A stretch of DNA of 51,390 bases from Parachlamydiales bacterium (GTDB lineage: Bacteria > Chlamydiota > Chlamydiia > Chlamydiales > Parachlamydiaceae), in NCBI GenBank assembly GCA_020051075.1, contig JAGVJP010000019.1:1-51390 (forward strand). Direction: 5' to 3'. The position numbers and the translations under genes were made by a program. The notes beneath the pieces are model-generated. The model searched no databases, was not told where the DNA came from, and saw only the letters and a program-made list of their open reading frames with translations. Shown here piece by piece: positions 1 through 9,275 of the stretch (position 1 is its first letter; every line of letters starts with the position of its first letter).

Positions 1-107
1 GGACTGAATTTGCAGTCGTAATTGTCGTCGTTATGCAATTATAATTGACGCGAAAGAGACGGAGTGCTCGAATGACTTGACAAATTCACATAGCAGGCTT
101 AAGCTCT

Positions 108-235
108 TCCCATCCTGTCAATTTTAACAGGATAGGGAGGATGGGAAAGATAGGTCAGGATAGCAAATATCTTACGCACCATCATCCTTTTTATCCTTCC
201 CATCCTGTCAATTTTAACAGGATAGGACAGGATAG
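108..235. repeat. Family A intergenic repeat (CAGGAT/ATCCTG 9-nt-period palindromes), two hairpin units
   Basis: CCCATCCTGTCAATTTTAACAGGATAGG occurs twice (about 108-136 and 199-226); the same motif recurs at more than 8 other intergenic sites. Confidence 0.85.
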
Positions 236-305
236 TTTGTTATTCAGGGGTTAGTGGCTTGACGAAGTTATGAAAATAGCCGATATTTCAGTCCTTAGAT
301 GCCAA

Positions 306-1004
306 TCAATCGAGTTTGAAATCTTTGCGAACAAATAGCAGATCACAACATATGCGATGGGAAAAATTAAAGCCCTTTTCTTCAAGAAATGTGATGAAGC
401 GAGAATCTCCGTAGTTATCCTCTACAGTAATCACATCTATTGTAAACTTGGAAAAATCTATACTAGAGAGGATATCAAATTCTCCCCCTTCAGTATCAAT
501 GCTCAGGTAGTTGACGTGTGTCATACCATTTTTTTCCAGAAGGTCGTTCAATTTATAACATTGAACATCAATTGTTTTACAAGACCCTTTATTAGCACAA
601 ATCTCATTTTTCACTCTTTCAAAATGCCTCGGATCGTATTTGTGCAAAAGACCTGAGAGCATTTCAGTATTCACTTGAGGACACGAAACCATCAATAACT
701 GACTCTTTTCGTTAATATCCGATACACAACCCTCGACACACACACAATTTCTACAAGCCTTCAATTCAGCAAATCGTTCTGGCATGGGTTCAATGCAAAT
801 CCCGGTCCACCCCCGTTCCTTCTCCAGAAAATAGGTATTACTATACGTCACTCCATTGTGCGCCCCAATTTCAACAAAAGTCCCCCCTTGGTAATCTTTA
901 AAGAGCTCTTCGTTGATATATTGATCTTGCCCGAACTGACTGTAGTACGTTGCGGAGCAATGCTGGCAACAAAAAATAAATAACGCTATAAAAAGTTTAT
1001 TCAT
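306..1004 (-). CDS. FkbM-family (Methyltransf_21) SAM-dependent methyltransferase with N-terminal signal peptide
   Basis: Motifs YSQxGQD, FVEIGAHNG...SNTYFLE...GWTGICIEP, YLSIDTEGGE; start moved to ATG 1004 (MNKLF) by alignment with the paralogue. Confidence 0.9.
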   Translation of the reverse strand: MNKLFIALFIFCCQHCSATYYSQFGQDQYINEELFKDYQGGTFVEIGAHNGVTYSNTYFLEKERGWTGICIEPMPERFAELKACRNCVCVEGCVSDINEKSQLLMVSCPQVNTEMLSGLLHKYDPRHFERVKNEICANKGSCKTIDVQCYKLNDLLEKNGMTHVNYLSIDTEGGEFDILSSIDFSKFTIDVITVEDNYGDSRFITFLEEKGFNFSHRICCDLLFVRKDFKLD

Positions 1005-1110
1005 TCGTATTTCCTTCAAAATTGAAATTTATAAATGTGCTTTATATCAAAAAAATATTTTTTCAATAATTCCCGCTAATTCTATTTATCAAGAGAACTT
1101 CTCAACATAG

Positions 1111-1153
1111 ATGAACAGGATAAGCAAGATTGCTTCGCGGCAGGATAGACAGG
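1111..1153. repeat. Family A repeat unit
   Basis: ACAGGATAAGCAAGATTGCTTCGCGGCAGGATAGAC matches copies at 15421, 28471, 33654 and 45212. Confidence 0.85.
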
Positions 1154-1207
1154 CACACGCACCACTAATTTATCTTTCGTGCCCATGCCACCATCCTATT
1201 ATCATAG

Positions 1208-1288
1208 GTCGCCCTTTCAGTACTCATGAATAGGTGTGAATTTGTACCCAGACCTGACGGCCTGGGCTATGTCAGCACTCTGTGCCTC
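1208..1288. repeat. Family B REP-like element (GTCGCCCTTTCAG...CCCAG-CCTGACGG-CCTGGGCTATG...GCAC..GTGCCT)
   Basis: Palindromic core; homologous to the outer parts of 6846-7228. Confidence 0.75.
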
Positions 1289-1337
1289 TAGAGATTGAAC
1301 CAAATATTCAATTTCTTGGAACACGAATGAAAGCCAA

Positions 1338-2036
1338 TCAATCAAGTTGGAAATCTTTGTGAACAAATAGAAGATCCCACTCTAAGCGAGTCACAAAGTT
1401 AAAGCCTTTTTCCTCAAGGAAAGGGATGAAGCGGGGATCTCCGTAGTTATCCTCTACAGTAATCGCATCGATTTTAAATTTGGAAAAATCTATACTAGCG
1501 AGGATATCAAATTCTCCTCCCTCAGTATCAATACTAAGATAGTTGACGTGTGTGATACCATTTTGTTCCAGAAGGTCGTTTAATTTATAACATTGAACAT
1601 CAATTGTGTCATAAGACCCTCCGTTATAGAAGAGTTCGATTTTCATTCTTTCTAAATGCCTTGGATCGTATGTGTGCAAAAGACCAGTCAGCATTTCAGT
1701 ATGTACGACAGGACTTGAAACCATCAACAATTGACTAATTCCGTTAATATCCGATACACAGCCCTGAACGCACACACAATTTCTACAAGCCTTCAATTCC
1801 TCAAACCGCGCTGGTATGGGTTCAATGCAAATCCCGGTCCACCCCCGTTCCTTCTCCAGAAAATAGGTATTACTATATGTCACTCCATTATGTGCTCCAA
1901 TATCAACAAAAACTCCCCCTTGGTAATTTCCAAAGAGCTGCTCGTTGATGTATTGATCTTGTCCGATCTGACTGTAGTATGTTGCCGAGCAGTGTTGGCA
2001 ACAAAAAACAAATATCGCAATAAAAAATTTATTCAT
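1338..2036 (-). CDS. FkbM-family methyltransferase with signal peptide (tandem paralogue)
   Basis: Same motifs, collinear with 306..1004; N-terminus MNKFFIAIFVFCCQHCSA|TYY. Confidence 0.9.
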   Translation of the reverse strand: MNKFFIAIFVFCCQHCSATYYSQIGQDQYINEQLFGNYQGGVFVDIGAHNGVTYSNTYFLEKERGWTGICIEPIPARFEELKACRNCVCVQGCVSDINGISQLLMVSSPVVHTEMLTGLLHTYDPRHLERMKIELFYNGGSYDTIDVQCYKLNDLLEQNGITHVNYLSIDTEGGEFDILASIDFSKFKIDAITVEDNYGDPRFIPFLEEKGFNFVTRLEWDLLFVHKDFQLD

Positions 2037-2369
2037 TTGTTTCTCCTTAAAAATTCATAAAATTCACCTCCGCGATTTATATCAAAAGATTTTTATTTTA
2101 TCCGCAAAAAAATAACGTTTTTTCGACGATTCTCACAAATTTCGTATCCAGAACATCGAAGATCCAATGCTTCGATCTAGAAGAATTTCAGGAACTATAC
2201 CGCCTACAGCAAACAGGAATAAAATATCTTTCATCCCTCTCATCTTTCCCATCTCATCAATTTTAACAGACTTGACAGATTGTGGAAATTTTTGATAAGC
2301 CCCCAACTTTTCTATACTCGTATACAATATTCAGGAGTTGAAATGGGATTTTTTTCCAGCCGAGCATTG

Positions 2370-2493
2370 CACAAGAGGCGCAAAGAGGAGTGACAAGGCT
2401 TGGGGTAGAGAATTTTTTTAATGATTTTTAAAAACGAAACATATTTAATTTCTCCATCCCCTTTTTGCTCCTCTTGTGATTCTTTGCGTTAAA
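2370..2493. repeat. Family D inverted repeat (CGCAAAG/CACAAGAG type)
   Basis: CACAAGAGGCGCAAAGAG (2370) is inverted to CTTTTTGCTCCTCTTGTG (2461); related to 16741-16805 and 24731-24836. Confidence 0.6.
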
Positions 2494-2561
2494 GGAAGGA
2501 GGGTATCTGAATTGTTACGAATAAACAGACAAAATGAAACGCTTTCATAAGGATTTTTTAT

Positions 2562-3563
2562 ATGAAAACTCAGCAGAATAATTCCAGATTCAGAGACCTT
2601 AGCATGACGGTGCTTTTTACGCTAAGCTCTTGTTTCTTTTGCGAAATCCCTCTTCAGTCTAAAGAGGAAGCGTTAAACTTATCTTCCTATACATCAGGAC
2701 AGTGTTCCGTTCTTGAAACACAGCAAGAATTAAAGCCTTATGCTGTTATTTCTGCACAGGGGAATCTTGTGGGTTTTTTTGCAGAGTTCGAAACTATTCT
2801 TGGAGCTCTTCGTTTATATGAACGAGGGAAACTCGCAGGCGTTTCTCTCGAATACGGCACGACTGGAACTTATTACGATACTGCGTTCGGGCCCAATTGG
2901 TGGGAATACTATTTTGAACCTCTACATGTTGGAGATCCAGAAAATGGCTTTCTAGTCCCTTGTCATGTAACCATATTCATTGATGATGTTGAGTGCGTTT
3001 TTGCATGGGAGGTAGAATTATATACTTCTCGAAAAGATACATATAGTTTAATTGATAGGTATATTAAAGTGAAACCGCACATTGAAGAAAAAGTTAACCA
3101 AATTGTAGAAGATTCTTTTGGTTACAGTACAATCATTGGTGTTCATTATCGAGGCACTGACAAATGTGGTGAGGCTCCCCGAGCTCCTTATGAAAACGTT
3201 GCAGCACATGTAGATGAGACGATCATTGAACTGGAAGAGATCGGTCATTCAGACATAAAGATTTTTGTTGCAACTGACGAACAGGATTTCTTGGACTATA
3301 TGAGGGAACGGTATCCATTGAAAATAATTTGTTATGAACAGAGTGAACGCTCTGTAGATGGTGTTTGCGTTCATTTATCAGGAAAGGGGGGAACTCCGTA
3401 TAAAAAAGGAGAAGATGCTCTCATTGACTGTCTTCTGTTATCCAAAACCGACATTCTTCTAAAGACATCCTCTAACCTCAGTCAATGTGCTTCTTATTTT
3501 AATCCAGACATACCAGTCGTTCATATGACAACTCGTCCATGGTGGACTAATCCATTGCAATAG
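2562..3563 (+). CDS. NodZ/FUT8-like alpha-1,6-fucosyltransferase (GT23-like), copy 1
   Basis: Fucosyltransferase motifs I-III: IIGVHYRGTDK, IFVATDE, ALIDCLLLSKTDILLKTSSNLS; also NWWEYYFEP; hydrophobic N-terminus. Confidence 0.85.
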   Translation: MKTQQNNSRFRDLSMTVLFTLSSCFFCEIPLQSKEEALNLSSYTSGQCSVLETQQELKPYAVISAQGNLVGFFAEFETILGALRLYERGKLAGVSLEYGTTGTYYDTAFGPNWWEYYFEPLHVGDPENGFLVPCHVTIFIDDVECVFAWEVELYTSRKDTYSLIDRYIKVKPHIEEKVNQIVEDSFGYSTIIGVHYRGTDKCGEAPRAPYENVAAHVDETIIELEEIGHSDIKIFVATDEQDFLDYMRERYPLKIICYEQSERSVDGVCVHLSGKGGTPYKKGEDALIDCLLLSKTDILLKTSSNLSQCASYFNPDIPVVHMTTRPWWTNPLQ

Positions 3564-3655
3564 AGGGCCAGGATTTTAATCGTTATCGAAAATCAAAGGT
3601 ATAAGACCGAAGCTCAAAAAAGACAGTATTTTAAGATTTTGCGGGAGTTTTCTAA

Positions 3656-4690
3656 ATGGGTGTATCGAACATAAAAAATACTCAACAGAACATTTTTAGA
3701 GTCAGACACATTAGTATGGTAATGATGACGGTGCTTATTACGTTAAGCACTTGTTTTTATTGCGAAGCCTCGCTTCCCGCTGAAGAGGAGGAATCCGTAC
3801 AATCTTCCATTGGAAGTATTACATCAGGACAATATTCCGTTTTTAGCACACAAAATAAATCAAAGCCTTATGTTGTTATCCATTCTGCATGGGGATGGGG
3901 TTTTTTTGCAGAGTTCCAACATACGATTGGAGCTCTTCATTATTATGATGAAGGAATACTTGCAGGTGTTTCTCTAGAATATGACACGACTGGAGTTTAT
4001 TACGATTCGGTGGTCGGACCAAATTGGTGGGAATATTATTTTGAACCACTCCATCTTGGAAGTCGACAAAATTCCTTGCCTGTTCATTGTTTTGCTCACA
4101 TATTCATCGATGATGTAGTCTATCTTTTTAATTGGATTCCAGGAATTCACGATAATCGTAAAAATGTACATCGATTACTTTCTAAGTATGTGAAAGTGAA
4201 GCCACATATTGAGGAGAAGGTGAATCAAATTGTAGAAAATTCTTTTGGTTACAGCACAATCATTGGTGTGCATTATCGAGGCACTGACAAGTGGACGGAA
4301 GCTCCTCGGGCTCCTTATGAAAACGTTGCAGCGTATGTAGACGATACGATAGCTGAACTCGAAGAGATCGGTCATTCTGACATAAAGATTTTTGTTGCAA
4401 CAGACGAGCAAAATTTCTTGGATTATATGAGGGAACGGTACCCCTCGATAGTGATCTGTTATGAAGAGAGTGAACGGTCTGTAGATGGAGTTTGCGTTCA
4501 CATGTCAGGGACTGGGGGAACTCCTTATAAAAAAGGAGAAGATGCTCTCATAGATTGTCTTCTTTTATCCAAAACCGATATTCTCCTTAAAACGGCGTCT
4601 AATCTCAGTCTTTGTGCTTCTTATTTTAATCCAGAAATTCCAGTGGTTAATATGACAATATGTTCAAATGTCCACATTACAAAGGATTAA
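3656..4690 (+). CDS. NodZ/FUT8-like fucosyltransferase, copy 2 (atypical C-terminus)
   Basis: Same motifs; ends NMTICSNVHITKD rather than HMT-x-R...PL[EQ]. Confidence 0.85.
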   Translation: MGVSNIKNTQQNIFRVRHISMVMMTVLITLSTCFYCEASLPAEEEESVQSSIGSITSGQYSVFSTQNKSKPYVVIHSAWGWGFFAEFQHTIGALHYYDEGILAGVSLEYDTTGVYYDSVVGPNWWEYYFEPLHLGSRQNSLPVHCFAHIFIDDVVYLFNWIPGIHDNRKNVHRLLSKYVKVKPHIEEKVNQIVENSFGYSTIIGVHYRGTDKWTEAPRAPYENVAAYVDDTIAELEEIGHSDIKIFVATDEQNFLDYMRERYPSIVICYEESERSVDGVCVHMSGTGGTPYKKGEDALIDCLLLSKTDILLKTASNLSLCASYFNPEIPVVNMTICSNVHITKD

Positions 4691-4792
4691 GCGAAGATTT
4701 GCTAGAAAGGTCTTCTAGAGGGAGGCTGAAATTAAGGACAGAACCATTACAATTGCATAGGAGTTTTACAGGATGGATCGATCTCACATAAT

Positions 4793-4843
4793 ATCCCAGT
4801 CATTCATATGACGTCTCGTCATTGGCACTCTCCTTTAGAATAA
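4793..4843 (+). pseudogene. Orphan 3' fragment of a NodZ-like gene (IPVIHMTSRHWHSPLE*)
   Basis: Translation matches the C-termini of copies 1, 3 and 4 (e.g. IPMVHMTSRGWHAPLE*). Confidence 0.85.
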
Positions 4844-4900
4844 AGGGAAAGCCAACATAAGAGATGCTGTTGATTGTAAAGTCCCCTTATCAATTCTTTA

Positions 4901-4928
4901 TTGAACATTTACACCTGCGTGTTATACT
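4901..4928 (+). promoter_or_regulatory. Candidate sigma66/70 promoter
   Basis: TTGAAC-N16-TATACT with extended TGn -10, 33 nt before ATG 4962. Confidence 0.55.
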
Positions 4929-4961
4929 GGGTATAAAATTTTAATTTTATATTAACAGGCT

Positions 4962-6761
4962 ATGACTGAACATCTTCAACATAAAAGTCTAGATCCAACG
5001 GCAGCTCTCGAAGAAGCGATTCAGGAGCTAGCCGTTTTCACAGAGATGAACGCCTCGAGCCTGGAATTGGGTGAAGGAGGCTCTCTTATCGCCAATCACG
5101 ACCCACAGTTCAAAAGAATCGTCAGATTGGCCCATTCATTTATCGCACCCTATTTCTCTGATCGCATCCGTTCAGATCAAGAGGAAAAACTTGTTCAGCT
5201 TAAAAAAGCGCTGCTGAGGGCTCGAGATTACGTTCAAAGTCATTCAGCACTCATTGATAAACTCAAATCTGGAGACCAAGCACAGCAAAAGCTTGCTGAT
5301 TATGCTTTAGAGACAATCCAGCAATATAATACTTTTGTTGAGCAGCAGGGAAGAAATCAAACAGAGCAAGTTTATAATTATGAGAGGCGTCAACTGCTTA
5401 CCGACCAAGAAATTGTTGGAAATACGATTAAACTGCCGACTGCGGTCTCAATAAAATATGATTCTGATTCGCATGTTCATTTTGCTCATAGAACGTTGAG
5501 GGAACTTCGCGGCATTTTATTGGGTGGGATTGTAACGAAAAGCGGTGCATTAGCTTCGTCGACCTATAAAAAAACACTTCAGTTTATGATTGATACCTTT
5601 CGTTTGAAGGCGATCAGGATGATTCAATCTCATTTTTCTGAACAGGATTCAGTGACTGAAGTCATCCGACTCATCAAACAAACCGACATCCAGATCGATA
5701 TGGAAAGCAACCATGAGTTGATTATTATGCGGCAGCTTGTCGAAGAGGGTCCCGGCTCTTATGTTCTATTGACTGGGAGCTATAAGAAAACTGCTCATGA
5801 TCCCAAATTTTTAAAGATGCCCATTTTAGAGAATCTGTCTATGAGTTCTCAGAAGATCCATTCCGGTTATCCTTATCCTTCTCAGCATGGGGGATGGGCC
5901 TTAGCAGATAGATGGGTGGACGCACATCCCCTCCGAGTTGACCAAGCCCCTCTTTTTTATGCTCTTGAACAGCGACGCAAAGAACTTGCAAAAAAGATGT
6001 TATTTGATCAGAGCTATATCGAGCGGTCGAGGAATTATACACGGTCCTGCCGATCGGTATTTGATGAAAATCGCTCTCTATTTCTCCCGATGCATCGACG
6101 GCTCATTCAGGCGTTGATAGCAGGAGAGGAGGAACTGAATCGCGTCTCTATCGATCAATTTTTTAATCAATTACATGAGACTCCCTCTCCGTTTGATATT
6201 CTGTCACAGTCTCAACAGCAGATTTTGAATCTTTTTGTGATCAAGCCCTTAGGAATGTTGGAAGAAGAGTGGCTCATCAATGGTGAGAGTATCCTGCGTA
6301 CAGGAACACCTCAAGAAAGACTACATGCCGCTCAGCAAAAGTTGGAGATGGAGAGAGACAAAGTTCATGAAATTCTCGATATGTCGAACCCACGGCATGC
6401 TTTTGTTTTGACTGTGGGTCCCATCATTGGGAAGAGATTTGAAGCTGTTGCGCTGCAATATCTATCCGAGAAAATCGGTTTTGCTCCTCCGCTTCTCAGA
6501 GACATTGAGAGAAAGCTGCAAGTTTGTGCTTTCGCTCAGCTTCAAGGCTTTGTTGAGGAGTGGGAGGCAGATGCTTTGACAAATTCAGAGCAAATCAAAG
6601 AACACCTCATTAAAATGCTCAATCGAGATATTTCGTTTCTCGAACAAGCTACAATTGACGAAGATTGTTCTCCTGATGGGTGTCAGGAAGCAATATCAAT
6701 AACAGACGAATTGGAAACTTATTTTAACTTCCGCTTTTTCGATTCTCGCCGCACCTCATAA
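4962..6761 (+). CDS. Hypothetical protein, largely helical, no recognised domain
   Basis: 599-aa ORF with a candidate promoter upstream. Confidence 0.8.
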   Translation: MTEHLQHKSLDPTAALEEAIQELAVFTEMNASSLELGEGGSLIANHDPQFKRIVRLAHSFIAPYFSDRIRSDQEEKLVQLKKALLRARDYVQSHSALIDKLKSGDQAQQKLADYALETIQQYNTFVEQQGRNQTEQVYNYERRQLLTDQEIVGNTIKLPTAVSIKYDSDSHVHFAHRTLRELRGILLGGIVTKSGALASSTYKKTLQFMIDTFRLKAIRMIQSHFSEQDSVTEVIRLIKQTDIQIDMESNHELIIMRQLVEEGPGSYVLLTGSYKKTAHDPKFLKMPILENLSMSSQKIHSGYPYPSQHGGWALADRWVDAHPLRVDQAPLFYALEQRRKELAKKMLFDQSYIERSRNYTRSCRSVFDENRSLFLPMHRRLIQALIAGEEELNRVSIDQFFNQLHETPSPFDILSQSQQQILNLFVIKPLGMLEEEWLINGESILRTGTPQERLHAAQQKLEMERDKVHEILDMSNPRHAFVLTVGPIIGKRFEAVALQYLSEKIGFAPPLLRDIERKLQVCAFAQLQGFVEEWEADALTNSEQIKEHLIKMLNRDISFLEQATIDEDCSPDGCQEAISITDELETYFNFRFFDSRRTS

Positions 6762-6845
6762 CTCTGTCATTGTCAAACCTTCAATCATTCTCTTTTTTTA
6801 ATGCTAAAGAGATAATTGCATAAGTTCGAACCTGGAAAGTGTTGT

Positions 6846-7228
6846 GTCGCCCTTTCAGGGCTCATCATTTGGGGTTGAGTATTTCCAGGCCGTCAGGCCT
6901 TACCATTACCCATTTTTTCAGCGCGAAGCGTTTGGAGTGCGAAAGTCCTCTTTCGCTTTATTCTAGATGAATTTTTTGGACATTCGTGTCTTTTGAATTT
7001 CTCTACTTCTTCTTCGCGTAGCGATCAGTAGCTCCTACTTTTCCTCAAGCTTCCCACATCTCGTGCTATCGCCTAAAACTAACTATAGTTTATCCACAAA
7101 CTTTTATCAATGCTGTTTGTAGATAAAGCGGAAGAGGACTTCCGCACTCCAAACGCTTCGCGTTGAAAAAATGTGTAAAGGAAAGGCCTGACGGCCTGGG
7201 CTATGAAATGCCAGCATTTCGTGCCTTA
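6846..7228. mobile_element. Composite MITE/REP-like element: family B shell around 77-bp inverted arms of family C (TTTGGAGTGCG/CGCACTCCAAA)
   Basis: Arms 6885-6961 and 7123-7199 are reverse complements with 6 mismatches; flanks match 1208-1288. Confidence 0.75.
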
Positions 7229-7434
7229 GGGCATGCTTATTCTTAGCACCATTGAGATCTCTCAGAACCTTAGGAACCGTTGGTTATCACGATAAACAAA
7301 CGCAAAAAAGGGGAAAATTTGCTTGAATTATTTTCCCCTCTTACCCATCATGCTATAGCATGAATCGTCATCTAGAGTGGAAACATCTACAGAGGCGTGA
7401 GAATTGTACAGGTCTACTTATGCGGAGATTTTTT

Positions 7435-8115
7435 ATGGTTAAACCCTGGATTTATAAAGCGCTGTTCCTAAACTGTTTGTTTATACAAAGTTATCTCGGT
7501 GGTGAGAACTATCTTGTGACTAGCGCTGATGATGCAATTGAGAATAAATCTATAACCACTTTTACGAAAGAGAGCTCGACTAGAGCAAAGAAAAAAAACC
7601 GAAAACCACGACCAAAAATTAAGCCGAAGCCAAAGGGTAATCAAGCAGCAGTTCAAGGCGCTCAAGGTCCTGCTGGTCCTCAAGGTGACCAAGGGCCTCG
7701 AGGAAATCCAGGCCCTCCAGGGTTGCCTGGTCGACCTGGAATTCCGGGGAAGTTATCTATTGAAAAGACAGAAGCTTCCTTAACGTTCTCCTTCAATTCC
7801 AATCCACAGAGCAATGCAAGGGGGACTTTTGTTGGCGTGGTTACACTCCCAGATCACTCCATTAAAAGCATCGAAGGGGAAATCGGGGTTGATAGCATTC
7901 CATGTACTATTGTTGTCGGGCCTGGATCTTTCGTTGGGTCTTATTCTGTGGGATATTTTATCACTTCTCTTGAGGGGCAGTTAGATGTCTCTCCAACGGT
8001 AACAATATCTAACTCATTGACAGGGGATCATGTCGAGTTTGTTCTGCACCCGGGAGATTATTCTGGAGGCTGTGATATCAAACATTTTATCAATCGATAT
8101 CCCCCTAATAACTGA
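7435..8115 (+). CDS. Exported collagen-like (Gly-X-Y) protein
   Basis: GGAG RBS before ATG 7435; signal-like MVKPWIYKALFLNCLFIQSYLGG; Lys/Pro-rich stretch; GAQGPAGPQGDQGPRGNPGPPGLPGRPGIPG; beta-rich C-terminal domain. Confidence 0.8.
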   Translation: MVKPWIYKALFLNCLFIQSYLGGENYLVTSADDAIENKSITTFTKESSTRAKKKNRKPRPKIKPKPKGNQAAVQGAQGPAGPQGDQGPRGNPGPPGLPGRPGIPGKLSIEKTEASLTFSFNSNPQSNARGTFVGVVTLPDHSIKSIEGEIGVDSIPCTIVVGPGSFVGSYSVGYFITSLEGQLDVSPTVTISNSLTGDHVEFVLHPGDYSGGCDIKHFINRYPPNN

Positions 8116-8123
8116 ACTTCGCA
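8059..8123 (+). repeat. 65-bp direct repeat, copy 1 (3' end of the collagen gene)
   Basis: Identical to 10231-10295. Confidence 0.95.
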
Positions 8124-8242
8124 GATGATGAGTATCGTACGGTTGACAGATTGTGGAAATCTGTGGCAGGGTTTAGGCTTACATGCGTAGGCCCTATCTG
8201 CTCGCAGTAGAATCAGACATATAATTTCAGGAGTGTTTTACG

Positions 8243-9259
8243 ATGGGGTTATTATTTAAAAGACAATTTCAACAGCTTTTTTTCCAAAACGGGCTGATTT
8301 GGATGATGATATTCTGTGCCCTCGTCCCCTGCTTATTTAGTCAAACCTTACTGCATGCAGCAAGATCAAAGCAACCCCTCATCGAAGAATTCGTCGCATT
8401 TGATCATTTTTCCGTTCTCAGAACCCAGCAGAAACCAAAACATTTTATTGTTTTAAATAGTGTGTGCGGAATGGGTTTTTTTGGAGATTTCTTAACAGCC
8501 CTTGGAGCACTTCATTTATACAATGTGGGTTTTTTTTCTGGGGTTTCAATTGAATACGGCACATCTGGAACCTATTATGATCCCGCGATCGGACCAAATT
8601 GGTGGGAATATTATTTTGAACCCGTTCACGTTGGATATCAAGGAGATTCATTCACGCACTATAGTGTTCTCTCAGTTGTTGTTGATGATTGTTTATATGA
8701 TTTACCTCGAATGACCGAATTTAATATTTGCCGTAAAGATGCACATCGGTTAATCGAAAAATTTGTTAAACTGAAGCCTCATATAGTAGATAAAGTTAAT
8801 CAGATTGTAGAAAATGTTTTTGGTTACAGCTCAATGATTGGGGTGCACTACCGAGGCACAGACAAGTGGACTGAAGCGCCTATTGCTTCTTATGATAGCG
8901 TCGCAGCACATGTCGATAAGACTATTTCTCAACTTCAAGAGATCGGTCATGATGACATAAAGATTTTTGTTGCAACGGACGAACAGAGTTTCTTGGATTA
9001 TATGAGGGAGCGGTATCCGTCGAAAGTTGTTTGTTATGAAGAATGTGCGCGATCATCAACTGGAGAAGCTGTTCACACGTCAGGGATTGCGACTCCTTAT
9101 AAAAAAGGAGAGGATGCGATCATCGATTGCCTGCTCTTATCCAAAACCGATGTTATCCTCAAGACAAGTTCTAACCTCAGCCTCTGCTCAGCATATTTTA
9201 ACCCAGATATCCCCATGGTCCATATGACCTCACGCGGTTGGCATGCGCCCCTAGAGTAA
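8243..9259 (+). CDS. NodZ/FUT8-like fucosyltransferase, copy 3
   Basis: GVHYRGTDK, IFVATDE, AIIDCLLLSKTD; hydrophobic N-terminus. Confidence 0.85.
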   Translation: MGLLFKRQFQQLFFQNGLIWMMIFCALVPCLFSQTLLHAARSKQPLIEEFVAFDHFSVLRTQQKPKHFIVLNSVCGMGFFGDFLTALGALHLYNVGFFSGVSIEYGTSGTYYDPAIGPNWWEYYFEPVHVGYQGDSFTHYSVLSVVVDDCLYDLPRMTEFNICRKDAHRLIEKFVKLKPHIVDKVNQIVENVFGYSSMIGVHYRGTDKWTEAPIASYDSVAAHVDKTISQLQEIGHDDIKIFVATDEQSFLDYMRERYPSKVVCYEECARSSTGEAVHTSGIATPYKKGEDAIIDCLLLSKTDVILKTSSNLSLCSAYFNPDIPMVHMTSRGWHAPLE

Positions 9260-9275
9260 GGAGAAAGATATTTAA

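Noticed and set aside
108..235. Two 28-bp direct repeats resembling a CRISPR array
   Set aside because: Only two units, the spacer is itself repeat-derived, the same motif is dispersed throughout the window, and there are no cas genes
2133..2327. 64-aa minus-strand ORF
   Set aside because: Partly made of a degenerate family A repeat; no RBS or domain
4651..4791. Alternative open frame of about 46 codons overlapping the end of NodZ copy 2 (possible frameshift extension)
   Set aside because: No similarity to paralogue tails, no slippery site, and the length is compatible with chance
7090..7098. Perfect DnaA box TTATCCACA
   Set aside because: Single copy inside a repeat element; a lone hit is unremarkable in 51 kb and there is no origin context
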